NCBI GenBank assembly: GCA_002633005.1 | Contig: NMRA01000343.1 | Span: forward strand, 270,240 to 334,239 | Source: Phoronis australis | Lineage: Eukaryota > Animalia > Phoronida | Direction of reading: 5' to 3' | Length of the DNA stretch: 64,000 nt | Shown: one piece after another, positions 23,001-38,000 of the stretch | Position numbering within the stretch: position 1 is the stretch's first letter | Layout: every line of letters begins with the position of its first letter | Program-made: the position numbers and the translations under genes | The notes under the pieces: generated by a model | What the model saw: the letters and a program-made list of their open reading frames with translations, nothing else | The model's database searches: none | What the model was told of the DNA's origin: nothing

Positions 23001-26000
23001 ATATTGCAGTGGGGCTGTAGTGAAATGAACAGCACAGTTTTGAATTAACATACTGGTTCACTTCTACAGCGAAATGTGCTGTGTTGTCGCAGTGTTAAAG
23101 GTTAGCGTAAATTGGCGTGAAGTAACTCAATCTTCTGTGGCTAAGGTTTTAAGGAAACTTATCTCGGTTATTACATTTTTCAGGGCTCGTCGTTATTTAG
23201 TAACAAGGCGGCATTTGGCACTACCACGACCACTCCCAGCAACAGTGGGACGGGGTTCTCATTTGGGTCTACTGCGAATACTGGGTCATCATTGTTTGGT
23301 GGTAATGCCAATAAGACGGCCACGGGTGGATTTGGAGGCTTCGGTACTGTTGGTGGGACAGGCTTCAGTAAGTTGTTGAGCTTCGTTAGTTTGTTATTCA
23401 TTTACTAGAGAGTAAACTGTAAGATAGTGCCAGAGTGTAGAATTCAAATTTAGGGTAAGAAGTGCCTACTTTTAGTTTCCTCTTGTGACTGAATGTTTAC
23501 TGTGTTTGTTCGTATTAACTCCCATGGCTTTTTAATTAATACACTAAAAAATCAGTGGATGTTGAAAATGGAACGGAATTTTTGAAACATCAGGGATGGG
23601 TGATTCTACTTCTGGCCAAGGGAGTTGCATTGATGTCTGTCAACAATAAAATGAAACTTCCACTGAATATACACAATGCACCACTTGCTTGTTTTCCTGT
23701 TTGAAGTTTTTTTGTGTTGGAATTGTCAGATCTAAGCACTCTAAATCTGGGAGATCCTTGTTTTCCAACCAGATCATGACTAGAAATTTTGCCTTCTGGT
23801 AGGAGGGTGATTTCCCACAATTCTTTGTGCATGAAGAGTGCTATAAAGGAGAACAGTTCTAATGTTATCAGCAGTTAAACTTCACTCCACTTTCCTCTTC
23901 TCTTTTACAGACACGGGTGGTACATCGATGTTCTCTCAGAACAAGCCAACGGGATTCGGTGTGGGCACTGGCACCACGGGATTTGGCACGTCTACTGGTT
24001 TTGGCACCCAGTTAGGAGGCACTGGTCTGTTTGGAGCCAACACACAGACTAGCACAGGTATGTTGGATATTTCTGTTTGCTGTTTTGCGAGTTGTTGAGA
24101 AGTGTGTGCATTTTTACAGTGTCATGGTGGTGACGTCATAGGATGAAAGGTTGGAGAAAAAACTCCTCAGTTTAGTAGACAGTATGAGGGGGAAAAGGAA
24201 TTTCATTTCGTCAACTATCTCGATAGTTATTTTTTTAACAAAATATGTTCGACATATAGAAAAATTCGGAACATTTACAGCAATGAAGCAAGTCCTAATT
24301 GGTAACTCTATCAAAATTATTTTCATTTCAAATGGAAAAATTTTTGCTGTATTTACAGATCAGGGGCCTGTTCTAAGCTAAGGCAAATCTTAAATTTCCG
24401 TTAATTTTAAGATAAACCTTAAATTTGCCTCCAGTCTCTTTCATGAAAGAGACCTTAGACGTGACTTAAGTTTTTGACTTGAGTTTTGTCTTAATTTTGA
24501 CTTACTTACCGGAAGTGGAAATTTCAAAGTTTGGACTTTGAGACAAATGTTTGTTTTCAGTCAAAAATGAACTTTAGTTAGTTTCCTGGAACGGGCCCCA
24601 GCTCTTTGTTGAATTTTTACTTCTATTCAGTTATCAAGACTACACACATACCCAGAGAAGGTCGGATGTATAATTGTTCTGCTTTACTTCTTTCAGGCTT
24701 CAACACTAATCCACTGGGACTGCAGAACACCCAGCAGGCAACTTTGGGCGCCACTGCATCCAACGTCAACGCTGCCGCAGCACAGCAGGCACAAATCCAG
24801 CACCAGTTGATCGCGCTCACAAACTCACCGTATGGCGATTCGCCACTGTTCAGGAACCTTACACAGGTATGTGGTGTTGTTGAAGGGTTCATAGTAATGC
24901 ATAGTGAACTCTCAATGAGCTGGCTGGGAGTTTAATTCCTGATTTCTGCAGTAGTTAAGGTTGTATCAGTCAAGGTAGCATACAATGTGGCGGACAAGTA
25001 AAATATAGTTTGTGATATTAAGAAAATGTTAACGTGTTGATAACTTAGTATATAGCGTTTAGATGTTGTAAACCAACTTTTGGTAAAGCTTCTATAATTT
25101 GCAGAGTTAACAGCCTATTACAAATAGAAAATGACAACGCTGTCAGTTAGATGTGAAATAAATGATGGAATACTGTGCTTAATCAGCATTGTTTGGCTAA
25201 TGAAGTGAGTTTGAATAATCTGTCATGAATTAGCATTGCATTGTGCAGGAGTTGAAGGACTGTGAGCCACACATAATGCTGAAACTAGTCTAACTAACGA
25301 GCTTAATTTGAAGTCAACGACTTTGGAAGGATTTATTTATATTTTTGGGGTCAAAACACGTGCAGTTTTTTAGTTCTATACTAGACAGTTGCATAGGCTT
25401 GTACTCTGCTTTTTGCCCATATTTCAAACTATTGTAACTTGAAATTAGTATCTGAATGTTCAAATGTTTCATGTCTTATATCCTTTGGCTGTGGCACCTT
25501 AGAATAGAAATAACGCAGGGCCTTTTGCACCGTCACAGGACCCCTCCAAAAGGGAAGACCTGAAGCCAACCAACCCGGCAGCCCAGAAGGCCATCCTGAG
25601 CCAGGCCTCGCAGTATAAGGTGGGCGGGGCCATCAGGACCACGCCCAAGGTCAAGGCCAAGCCACTCAACTCCTTACTGGCTGATGGAAAGGTAAGTAAA
25701 CCATTTGTATTTGTCGTTAAGCTGGTTCCTGTTGGTGTAGTTAGTGAATGGCTTCGAGCAGCTGTTTCAGCAAATGAATGAAATTAGATGAGCTTTTTCA
25801 TTACTTAAACTGCGTAAAGCAGGATACTCAGTTCCATTGTTGCTAAGTCATGTAGAAAAGGCGTTTTATCATCACTGCCCAGCTGCGTAATGTTGTGGCT
25901 TAGATGTTATAAAGAGCTGTTTGCAAACCATGTAAGTTCTGAAAGCCTTAGGAGATAAGTTATAAACCTAGACAGTGGGTGGTTTTGAGTGGCTTTGACA

Positions 26001-29000
26001 TGTTTGTATTAATAGCATAGTCTGTTTCATCAGTTTCTGTGAAACTAGCAGGCTTTCTGGCTGGACCTTTCTCACGGAGAAGTAAAATGTATTTAAAGGA
26101 GTCTTATGTGTCTATTTTTTCTTCTGATGTTTGTGTCTAAAACAGTTTTGTCAACTCTCAAAAACTGATGCTTGAGTGTGATCACCGTGGGGTCGTGCTC
26201 ACTGCTGTGGCAAGTTGTCTTCAATGTGCTGTCGCATGTTAAGTCAGTTATAATGGGCTATCAGTGGCGAGGCATCGAGTGTAAATTGCAGATATTTACT
26301 TGCAGTCTCAGCTGTTCGAAGGTTTGGAGGAAGCTGACTCGTCCTTTGGCGGAAACGACACATTCATGCCACGCAAGAGTGTTAAGAAGCTCGTCATCAA
26401 GAAGAGTTCTCCAAACAACTCATCCCTCTCTAGCAGTTTCATGCAGTCCAGAAACGACGATCTTGTTGCCCCGGCGACCACCTACTCTGGCAACATTTCA
26501 ATGACCACGCCTCAGAAGTAAGAAATATGTTTTCTCTATTGTTGTCACATTCATGGAATAAGCTAACTTTAATCATTCTCAGTGTCAAGCTTGCTACAGT
26601 AGCTACGGAAATGTGCTTTTAGCATAAATTATGTTGAACTTATCCTTCTAACGTTAAATATTCTTTTAGCATAAATTATGTTAAACTTAATCCTTCTACT
26701 GTTTAAGGAGAACATTCAACTTTCTCTGTCGTGTTTTCTCATCTCACTTAACATTACATTGGTGGTCTCTTATGTGACAAATGTGAAAATGTTGCCTAAA
26801 GTAACCTGAACATCTATAAATTAATCCCATACTTGTGGTCTTTATGGTATGCATCGTTAATCAGTACAGCTTTGTGTGTAATAAATTTGTAGTACTACTT
26901 GTGTTGTTTTTCTTGTAGATCAATCGAGCAGCAGGTTGAGACACCTGAAGTTATCTTGGGCTCCAAGTCTGTCGGTCGCCCTTCGCTGTCCGACGAACGG
27001 TAATCTTTACGACTTGACTTTGAGAAGGGAACTTAGTTCAGAGATGCATATCAACTATTTTCAAGTACTGAAGGAGTAGTTTTGAAAGTTAGCATTTTCT
27101 TCTGTTAGTGAATGTTCAGTGATCAGCATAGATTTGATATTTTAAAGTATGAAAAAATGAACTTTGCTTATTTCGCTGAGTTATATAATTGCTGCTTCAG
27201 TTTTTCTGGAATAAAACAGTACAGGTAGAAAATTGTATTTGAATACTGCACTTGTGTGAAGCCAGTAACTGGTGTTGTTTCTGCCGTGACATTGTCAGAT
27301 TATGCATGTATGGTACAGCGATGTTGTATCTGTTGTAGACCCAGTTTGGATGACACTATCTCAGTCCTCAACGCCAAAAACAAGAAGCAGTTGGACTCTG
27401 TCGACTCTCTGCAGGAGGAATTCAGCCATGATGCAGACTCTGATAGGGTAAGCATGAAGAGACGATGAAAAATTTTGTATGCTGTTCCATAGGCCATCAC
27501 TTGATGCGAGGTCGTATTTACTGACACGTTCGGATGTAATTTGCTGTTGTTCCTTGTCAGTTGTTGGGTTAGTAATGGAGGACACAGTGGCTGAAGTAGA
27601 CAGAAATTAACGTAGCCAAATAGTCTTTATTAGATGAATTTGTGATGTGCATTGGCGTGGCATATACATAGACTAGACAGAATGCAAGAATGTCAGCTTG
27701 TCTCCTTGACAGCATCTGTTAACTGAGATATCCTGAGTAATTTGATGTCTTGTAGTAAAATATTTGCACACATTGCAAGCGTAACAAGTTTTCTACAATT
27801 GGGATTTAGTGTAGACAGGTATTGTGCCAAAAATTGCTGGTAAATTTTTACGACGTGTCTTTTGTTACTCCAGAGCGTTTCCCCTCCGCCTGTGCCCCAC
27901 CCCACGGGCATTGTTCTTCACCGGCCAGGCTACTACACCTTTCCCACTCTGGATGAGCTGGCCGGCTTGGTAGACAATAATGGTGATTGCTTTGTGGAGA
28001 ACTTCACTGTGGGCCGGGAAGGCTACGGAAGTGTCTTCTTCCCTGGTGAGACGAATGTGGCTAACATGAACTTGGATGAAATTGGTGAGTAGTTTATGTA
28101 TTCTGCTTTAAAATGATCATCATTTTATTTGGCTGTTGGGTGAAATAAAGTAACGAGTTGTGTAAAATCTGTGTTTGTTTGAACAAGTGATTTTAACATG
28201 ATTGACACCATTGGATTTGTGTTTGACATAAGCATGGAATGATGTTTGACGGGAGACCTGTGACCTCTGCTCTTTACTCGAGACTTAACTTGAAAATTGG
28301 TCAATGATGTGGCCTGCTTCGAAAATGGACCAATGGTGTGGCCAGCTTCTATTCAGCTTCCAAATTTCATGTGATTTGATTGAATTATTTTCCAGATAAG
28401 TCTTGAATAAATCTTGGTGGTCACAGGTTTTTCTCCAGAAAACATTACTCTGTAGAAACGATACGTCAAAAATGTCATGAGTCCTATTTACCTCAGTTGT
28501 TCCTGATCTCTACTTTTGCATTTGCATTTCAGTTCATTTCCGACGCAAGGAGATCACCATCTATCCCGATGACAACAACAAGCCCGAGGAAGGCCTGGGG
28601 CTGAATAAGAGAGCGGAGGTGACGCTCGACTGTGTCTGGCCCACGGATAAGACCACACGGTCGCCCATCAAGGTAGAATGTCTCATATTGAACAACTTAT
28701 CAGATTTACTTGTAGGATAGTACAAAGAATTAAAAGCATAAGCTTAGGATTTAAACATTCAAAGATATGCTCTCTACTCAATGTTTAGTTCTGTTCATTC
28801 AAGGCAAGACAATTGACCTTTGCATATGACTAGTAAAAACGAGAAGTCATTCTTGATGAGCGTTGGTGGAAGTTGTACGCTGCAACTTATTTTGCACATG
28901 GCATCCATTCATCATTTTCTTGCATTCTGCACTAGTACTTGTGCGTGTTGTCGGTAGTTATCAGAGCTTTGATTTAACATGCTTCTGCAATTGTATTGTG

Positions 29001-32000
29001 TATTAATGAGCTTACTTATCTATTGAATGAATAACAAAATGATGGGGCAACTTTCTGAGACTGATTGCTTTTGTTGACAGAGCCCTGACCGCCTGAAGCT
29101 GATGAATTATCATGACAAAATTGAATTATCCACCATGAGGATCGGAGCCAAGTTCATCGATTACAGACCGGAAACTGGGTCTTGGGTGTTTGAGGTAAGT
29201 GTTCACCAGTGCTGATTTGCTGACACACTTAGGGTTTTGCTCATTTTCATGGTCATTAAGTAAAAAATCACCCTCTGTCATTCTCATGGTTAAGAGTGTA
29301 ACTTTCTTGGTGTTTTCTTGACAGTTTGACATCTTTAGAAATGTCTTAGATGCGTTCATCTGTTCAGTGTTTAATCAATGTCTTAAAAAGAAGAAGGGCT
29401 CATGGATACTTGCTTTTCACAAAATGATTTTTGTTCATGTAGCACAGTCACGAACACGATCTTTTGTTCATGTGTCTTGAGACTTGATGTTTTACATCAT
29501 CTCACCATTGCATTTGTTGTCTTTTAGGTTAAGCACTTCTCCAAGTATGGACTGGCAGATGACTCGGACGATGAGGTGGATGGTAGTGAGGCCAACATCA
29601 AGAAGTTGAAGATGCTGCAGCAACAACAGCTCCATCTTCAGGTAAGAACCTGTAGCTAGCAAAAGAGGGTGCTGTTGTGCAGTTTGCTATTGACAACTGT
29701 CACTCAGTGAAGTCTGATCTCTATGTTATTCTTGATTTCTTTGCTTCTTTTAAGTGTACTGTAGGTTTTTGCGATTCCTTAAACATTTTCACCATTAAAA
29801 ACTGACAAAGTCCCCAAAAGACTTGAAAAATAGCGAAAGTTGTGCTAACAGTTTAACAGTGGTAAATGTGCCCAATTTAGTCTTGAAACAAAAACCAGCG
29901 AATGTTGGTGACCCACTGAACTAGTCTATTATGACCCCATCATGTCATTGCTTGTAAGATGTGTTTCACTTGAACTTGTCATACCCAGGATGTATGCTTT
30001 ATCCCATGTATTGCCTAAGACAAGAGCGTGTATGTTTGTAAGACTCCATCATATCCAGCCGAGCATTTGACACCTTCTCTATTCTCATCTCAGAAACAGA
30101 AGATTCAGCTGACCAATGGCAAGCAGCCCCCAGCAACAGTCAAACAACAGCAGGTGCAGCAACATTTGCCGAACAAGCAGCTAGCGCCACCTGTTGAGAT
30201 ACTGCAGGAGCCGATGGTGGATGATGAGGACAGCGACATGGAAGATATAGAAAGAGAGGCTTTGCCAGTGGTGCCCTCCGATGGCGACGACGAGATGCCA
30301 GGTAGTTTCACATTGCTAGTTAACGGGTAGTGATGATGATACTGATTGGCTGGTATGGTTTATGTGTGGTTGGATTAGCAGAGGTGGAACTGCAGCAATG
30401 TATGGCTAACCCACGACCTCTTCTTTAATTGTGTCATTGTACACAATTTGTGATCACATGTGACGTTTTCTTAAACTTAGATTTGGTACAGCAACTAACC
30501 TTTGGTGGGTGAAAGGTACCTTTGCATGCGTCAATGGTAAAAATCATATGGCACAAAACGTTCCTCACAAATTCTGCAGTGCAGACTGGATAGAGAACAA
30601 TGGTTGGGATCCAGAAATTGTCAACAGTTCGCAATATATGATAAAGTGTCGGTGCTGGAAACTGATGAAAGTTGAAGAAATTACGTTAGACAAAAGTTGT
30701 AACTATATTTGAGGGTGCTCAACTGGGTCCTTAAATCACTTGGTCCTCTAGTGTAAAGTGGCTTTGATTTCACATCATAGCGAGCTACTGTTCTTAAGAC
30801 AGATGGAAAAAATTTTCAACTCGTCAGAGCTCGTCTTCCTGGTGTTGACTAGCTACTGAAAGCAAAGCTCGAACTTTATGGATCAAATTAAGCCCATTGT
30901 CTCCCAGCAATGGTAAATGTTTTGCGACTTCTAACGAAAATGTCGAAAGTGCATCAGCTGAAAACAAAGAAATGCATAATTTCAAAATGTGATCATTTCA
31001 TTGATATTTATTATTTATAAAAACTTAGTCCTACTAATTCAAGTGGGGGTTAAAATCTTGGTTTCTTAGGTTTTTATCTGATTGGCACTGAGAATATTTT
31101 CAACAATTCCGTGTACCTAGGGAATGTGCCCCCTGAAGTTTGAAGTGACATATTCTGGTTTACATTGTTTATGAAATAATATTGCCAATTGCTTACAGGA
31201 ATTGTTATTATTTCTATTTAACCTTAAAAATATCCACTGGACCATAACTGTAAAGTAGGTGGAACAATGGTTGTATTATAGTGAGAAATTATTGTTTATT
31301 TAATATATGACTTAAAGGGACGATATTAGTTTTACAATACATTTTTGTGATGGATGGGATAGACTTCATGAAGTTACTAATTTTAACCATAGCTATAAAA
31401 TGTTTGTGTTTTTGTGACTGTTACAAATCGCCAATTCTTGTTCAAGTCTGCCAAACAGTCACTAAAATCAATCGCAAGACTGGTGGCTTTGTCAGTTTTC
31501 GAGTGGGATTGAACTTAACCAGCGGAGGACTGGACTGTTACTGTAAATGGTTGCTGGTTCGATTCCCCACTGCGTCTGATCTGAGAATTACAACTTTCCT
31601 CACTAATAGTGTCCCTGTAAACTTAAAATTGTTGTGAATAAAGCCACGTAATCTTTTGTACATAACGAGACTTTGGTGGTATTGTTGTACTCAAGTTTCT
31701 GTTGTTCAGTTCATCCAATTCAGGTTTAGCTGATGTTGAATTGAAACTGAATGAAACAATGTAGCCATAGTAAAAGAATGCTGGAAAAGCAATCATTAAC
31801 GTTTTATCTGTCACTCTTACTTCGTGTGTTGTTTTGTATGTTATGTATCTTCGTAATATGTCTCTTTGTAATTAGTATATCATATATTTTATTCTATCAT
31901 GAGAGTGAAACATTTATACAGGGGTTATTTTAGAAACTGTGGGTATGGGTCAATTGTCCCAAACGTCCTCAAGTCTAAGGGTATGTTTTGATCACCTATG

Positions 32001-35000
32001 CGCCGTGTTAGTTTTTTTGTCCTTTCCCTATCAATTTCATTGGGTCTGTCGGTCTCGTCGGTGAAATTATTTTTACGCCAACGAAGTGCATAGCACTCTT
32101 AAAATTGATTTTAGAATTTTGTTAGCTTCACAAATTTTGCACGGTTTCACTTTTAGAGGAAAAAGCATTAACAAATGGTTGATGTGACAAAATTAGTCTC
32201 CCTAGACTTTGAAGTAGTTGATTTCATCTTATCCCTGTAACTTTTAAAGCATGTCATATTTTGTGACAAGGTACAAAATTTTGGTTACAAGTCGCATGCA
32301 ATTAGGTATTTAATTGTGTGTTCATATTAATTTTCATCTTGATAACTAGACAATGTTAAATTAGTACATGTATCATGTTGTTTCATTTATACCATTACTT
32401 GAGGTTACTATTAATTTCTTTTTGTTGTGATTGTTAAGCTCTATCTAATTAAGTACGTTCGGTTATAATGGCTTTAATATTAATAAATAAGACACTTCAC
32501 AACCTGACATTATCCATTGTTTTTTTATACTGCTTGCTGTGAGCCACTCCAACCAATAGTGGTCCTCGTAGTATAGCAGTGTTCACTGCAGAAACAGTCT
32601 AGACGGGTGTTGCAAAGCTCATGCACATAATGGCCGTGTCGGTAGTCTGGAAGATTACTTGTAATGCACACGATTTGTTTGAAATTCAACAGATGTCGCT
32701 AAGTGTGAACTCATAGCTCAACTCGTTTTACGCTTGTCTGCTGATTTAGCACCTCTTAGAACTTTAGTCGTGTTTATTAGAAGTGCCAGTATTAACTCTT
32801 CTCCCAATACTAAGTTTGATTTTTACCACTTGTTCCTAAGTCGTGTTGAAGGTGAATTTTGGGTTTGGGGAGAAAAAACAAATATTGTTCAAGACCAAGC
32901 TGTATAAGTTTGGGCCGTCACATCGTCTCATTTTATGTGCTGTGGGTGGTCTTATGTAATAACAAACTGTCGACTCTTTCCAAATGCAGGGATCACTTTT
33001 CGTCTGAATTTATAGAGTAAATTGAGAATTGAAACCAATTTATAGGTGTAAGTCATCAAAATCACGTAGCTTCTTTCAGTTCTTTGATGGAATACGTGTT
33101 CTCCACATCTTTACTGCTTCAGACAAACATTTTGGTTTTGTACCAGAGCTTAGAAACAGTTTTAAACCAGATTGGTTTGTGCTGTTATTAGTACTTAATA
33201 GTCACTGTAGGGGTCCCAGAGTTTGAGAATCAGTTTTCTCCAGTGAATTAGCAGCGTCAAACTGATTCTCAAAATCCAGGACCCCTTAAGTGACTATTGT
33301 CCTCATTGCCTGGTTATTTCTTATTTGAATTCTCTGGTTGAAGTCTGGCACAAATGGTGAGGTAGCAAAGAACTGTAAAGTATACAGAGCTGACTCTTCA
33401 TTTACCATACTTTCACTACAACTGGTCCAAACTGTGTAAATTAGGAAGTCCAATGTTCTCCACAACAAAAAATTAAATTCAACTGGAACTACAAAATTCG
33501 TATACGTGTTCGAAAGTCCATGTCCATTCTGCGGGGAGTTGGTGTGTTAAGTAAATCTTGGAATTAATGCATTGAATTGGTGTATGAAATTCAACATGTT
33601 TTAATTTGCTTGGAAAATGACTGATCTCCCAAAACTTCAAACTTGTTGCATAGGTTTTTAGATTTAGGTAATCCAAACTTGTCATGACAGAATTCAAACT
33701 TTATGCAATGGTGAGTTGAAACAAGTCGTGGAGAATACTGGGAATGCTAATTTGGTGTATAAAAACAAAAAAAGCAAAACAAAGAGTTTCGTAAAAAACG
33801 TAAACAAAAACCATGGTTATCAAACATTTTGCTGCATGGCGTTTTTAAGTACGAATTGTGTCAAGGCAAAGGCATTGCATCAGAAACCACAGTGTTTGCA
33901 TAAATAAGGAAGCTGATGCCCAACTGGTAATAGTTAGCACTTGTAGCTGAGCTGATTGGTTTGGGTTTGAGATACACATGAACAAAGAGGGTTAGTTGAC
34001 GCCGCTGAGGAAGGTGATGGGGTAAAAGTTCTCCAATTTGAGACTGGAAAATTAATTATTGATCGAAGTTTGTCCCAAATTCTAGAAATAGGTAATATTG
34101 GCTGTCCCAAATTCAAGAATTACCAGAAAGACACCAAAATTACCCACTCTGTAGATAGAAAATGCATTATCCAAAATTTGAGAAACTGATAACGCCAAAA
34201 TTGCCCTTGTCCCAAATTCCAGAATGGAGAAAATTCAACTTTTCTGTCCCAAAATCTAGAGACTTTCCCAAAAATGGAAAGTTTTTACTGTAGAGGTGCA
34301 AATTGCCCCAGCTGAAATATAGATGTCTTATGTCACACCAACACACAATCTATCCTAGAACAACTTGTACTGGTGATTCACCACTTTTAAGCAGAGCGTT
34401 CACACACACATACACAACTAGGGTAAGGCAGAAGTTGTCGTTCTGTGCGTGACAATGAACACCTACTGCCAATATGGCACGCAAGAGAAAACCCGTCTGT
34501 ATGCAACTACAGCTGATAATTATTTCTGGTCTACCCCTGTTTTGCAGCCACACAGCGATTGTAAGTGGCGCAAGTGACCCTAGAACAAGTTACCCCACCT
34601 CGATAATGTGGAGCAAGCTGTCACAAATGGGGCGTGTTGGGTTAGTTTAAAAAGCGTCATATAGTGGTGTTGTGCACAAGTTAGCTTCTTGCTCAGTATG
34701 TGACCAGAGACTCTGTGTGTATTCTAGACGATGACGGAGAGGCCCAGACCGTGCCTGTGTCCCATCGAATCGCCCAAAGTATGCGCGTGGATCCTCGCAA
34801 TGTACAGATGATGAAGGCGTCATTCTTTGGGAGCGATGACGAAAATGAAACGGACAATGCTGGGCTAGGTATGGAAAGAAATTTTACTGACATGTTTTCA
34901 GTTTGGCCTGTTTAGCTGGCTGAAGGATGATCATTGAATTAAATAAATCTTTTAAAATGATAAAATCGGTCGCAAAATGTTCCTTACCATGTTTCAGTCA

Positions 35001-38000
35001 TTTGTTATCCTTAATAAAATTTAAAACGTACTAACTACCCGGGCAATGAGTCATTGTGCCATGTCTCCACACAACAGGTGGTGTGCGTGTGCTGCCCCAG
35101 CGACCCCTGTTGCCGAAGCCTCCAGTTACTCCACAGTCGCCAGCGAGACCTGCGGAGAAGTCTGCACTCAACCGCAGCCTACTCGGCTCATTGCTGAAAC
35201 CACAATACGTCAGTCCACTACCGCTAGTAGAGGAACGTGCTCGACAACCATCGCCTGGTGAGTGTCATGCTCATATGGTTGTTACAGACTTCTGCCAAGG
35301 GATGTATAAGACTGCTGAGAAACTGCAATGTGATTTATTCCTAGTTTTATGACTTGGTTCCCCGTGGTGTGTTTAATGAATGGGGATCAATCGTAATAAT
35401 CTGCTAACATTGGGAGATTCGCTATCTAAGTTATTTTTTGTTACCCATTAGTTAACGTAAATTTGTTAATATCTGGTCAAGTTTATCGCATGTTGCATTT
35501 ATATTGGATTGACTATTAATGCCAGGTTTGTAATGGAAATACATTTAGATATTCTTCATTTTCACTCATTACAGTGTTTACCATCCTTTTTGTTGGCATA
35601 CTTTACAACATGGGTTACACACAGTGTATTTACAGAACAGCCCCAAAATGTAAATCTTATATAAAACATTTCATACTGAGAAAATCCGATAAGTGAAATT
35701 CTTTTTTGACTTTCTTTGTTGATTATTTTCACACATCTGTTGAGTACAGTTGTAAACAAAATGCTCAAACATTTTGCTAAAGTCCCCTCCCCTTCACAAC
35801 TTTGAAGACCTTGTAGGACGATCAGTGTAAGTCGTTACAGTTTGGGTTACATAACGATTTTCATATGATTTTCGCAGTGGTGTTTGAGCCGAGGATGAAG
35901 GAGGTAGCTGTCCCTCGCAGCCTTATGCAGCCGCCACCGATGGAGCATCAAATAATTCCCAGCGGAATGACCAGGACCGAGCGTCCGCGGAGGGTTGTAG
36001 GGTCCCGCACACAGAAGCTCTTGCCAGAATTCTCCAAGTCGCTTATGTACAACAAACAGCACATGATCATGGATGCGGGATTGTTCATGGGTCGGTCTTT
36101 CAGGATCGGCTGGGGCCCGAACTGGACACTTGCGCACTCTGGTGGGCCGTTGTATGCACAGAAAACTAGTAAGCGTTCACTTTGTTCCATCTGCCTGAAG
36201 ATTAATGAATTCTCCATTTGTGCTTTCTGTCCAATAATTTTGTTTGTTTTAATGTGTGCTAACTAAACACTAAAAGGATTTATAGAGTTATTGTTTCGTT
36301 GAAAAATGTATCTATTTGTTTAAGTGGCCATCCACTCACGTGGTAGTATTTAGTTTTGTGATTCTTTTTTTAATAGGGACACTGGAGTATTAATTCTTTA
36401 TTTCCATAATGTTTTACATTATTTCCTAAATCATTGCTAAAAAATATGTATTTCCCATTCTTAAGGGCTCCTCAGTCAATCCAGTGGTGAATTCCATTTT
36501 GTACTTGACCATCGTGAGTTGAAATTCTGCCTTAGGATCTACTGTCCAATCTCACCCTAAGTATTTTTCATTTCCGAACTACACTCCATTATTCAGATAT
36601 GACACTCAATAGATTGTATTAATCTTTTCAGATGTCCCAGGCACGGGTGGGTTCTCCTTATTGCCAGGGTACACCCAGCGGAGAACTAAGCAATTGTCTC
36701 CATTCAATGTTGTACAACAAAGAGTGGACACTAACTCTTCACCTTCTGATGATGAAGTAGTAAAGGTACTTAGAACAATATGGTGAACTTGTGCGAGTCT
36801 CTTAAACATTGGCAGTTTTGCCAGAATGTAATGCGCGTGTTGTGGGTTTCAGCCCGCACCAGCGTAGTGCTTGAAGGATTTTCATGAAATTTAACAGATG
36901 TGCTCCTATTGAGGTGATCACCTTTGAGGTAGTTTTTCAGGCGATTGCCTTTACTGCGGCACCCTCTAGTGACAAATTTACCTTTTGTTTGCACTTCAAT
37001 AGCTATCAAGTTCCTTAATGGATCTTTATGAAATTGACGTATGTGTTCCAGTTGAGGAGGGTACACCTGATGTCCGCTATGTCTTCTCCGAGTGCAATTT
37101 TAGTTTTTTTTTGCTTCTACCAAGTTCCTTGATAGATGTTTGCAAAATTTGACAGAAAAGTTTCTATCAAGGAGATGACAGCATTTGCTTTGTTTCAGAT
37201 GGATTTGACTTCGCTAATGTTTCTAGGGGCCTTTTCATTTTTTACATGACACTCAAATACATCCCCAGAAGCCTACAGTTTGCAGTGCAGTCGTGGGTGC
37301 ATTTCTATGCTTTACATTGTTTTTTTAAGGCTACCTGTGAGGCCAACCTGACTATTCAACTGAAACATTCAGAGAGCACCCTTCAAGATGGCTGCCCTGT
37401 GTTTGCTACGACCCCTGGTGTTGATGCTTTACACGATTATGCTGAGAACGCTCAAAAACAGTTGGAGTTTTTACCTCCAGGTAAGTTTAGAATGAGAAAA
37501 AAGTAAATTGTTTCAAAAGAGGAAGTCATTGGTTAAAGTGAGGCGTTCTTTAAGCATTGTCGTCAGAGTGTGTGTATATGGTCGTGCAGTTGGCTCATAA
37601 ATTTAACATCCAGAATGCAACATTGAATTATTTGCCTAAATTTGTTCCATTCTTTTCACAGTGCATTGCTCTGTTAGTATCGGTAGAATTGTGATTGCTT
37701 TCGTTAAGAAAGATGTGTTTTGTACACCCATCCATCTTGTCAGTGCTCTCAAACTTTGTAATGGAATACAGCTTGTGTCAGGTTAAAAGAACTTACTTTG
37801 GTCTGTGGCTGTTGTCAAAGTGCAAGTTAATCGTATATAGCAACTGAAATTCCCAATATTGCTAGAGAAATATGACAAAGGCGAAAATTACCAGTGTCAC
37901 AAATTTCAGAATTGGGTTGGATTTTGGTGTTCCAAATTTAAGAGGTTATCCCAAATTGGAGAATTTTGAGCAACAGTAAAGTATCCCGAATTAATCAGAA

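Noticed and set aside
17430-36217. Many minus-strand ORFs overlapping NUP98 exons (for example 17539..17736, 23180..23401, 30105..30311, 35948..36217)
   Set aside because: Antisense open frames caused by the codon bias of the real exons.
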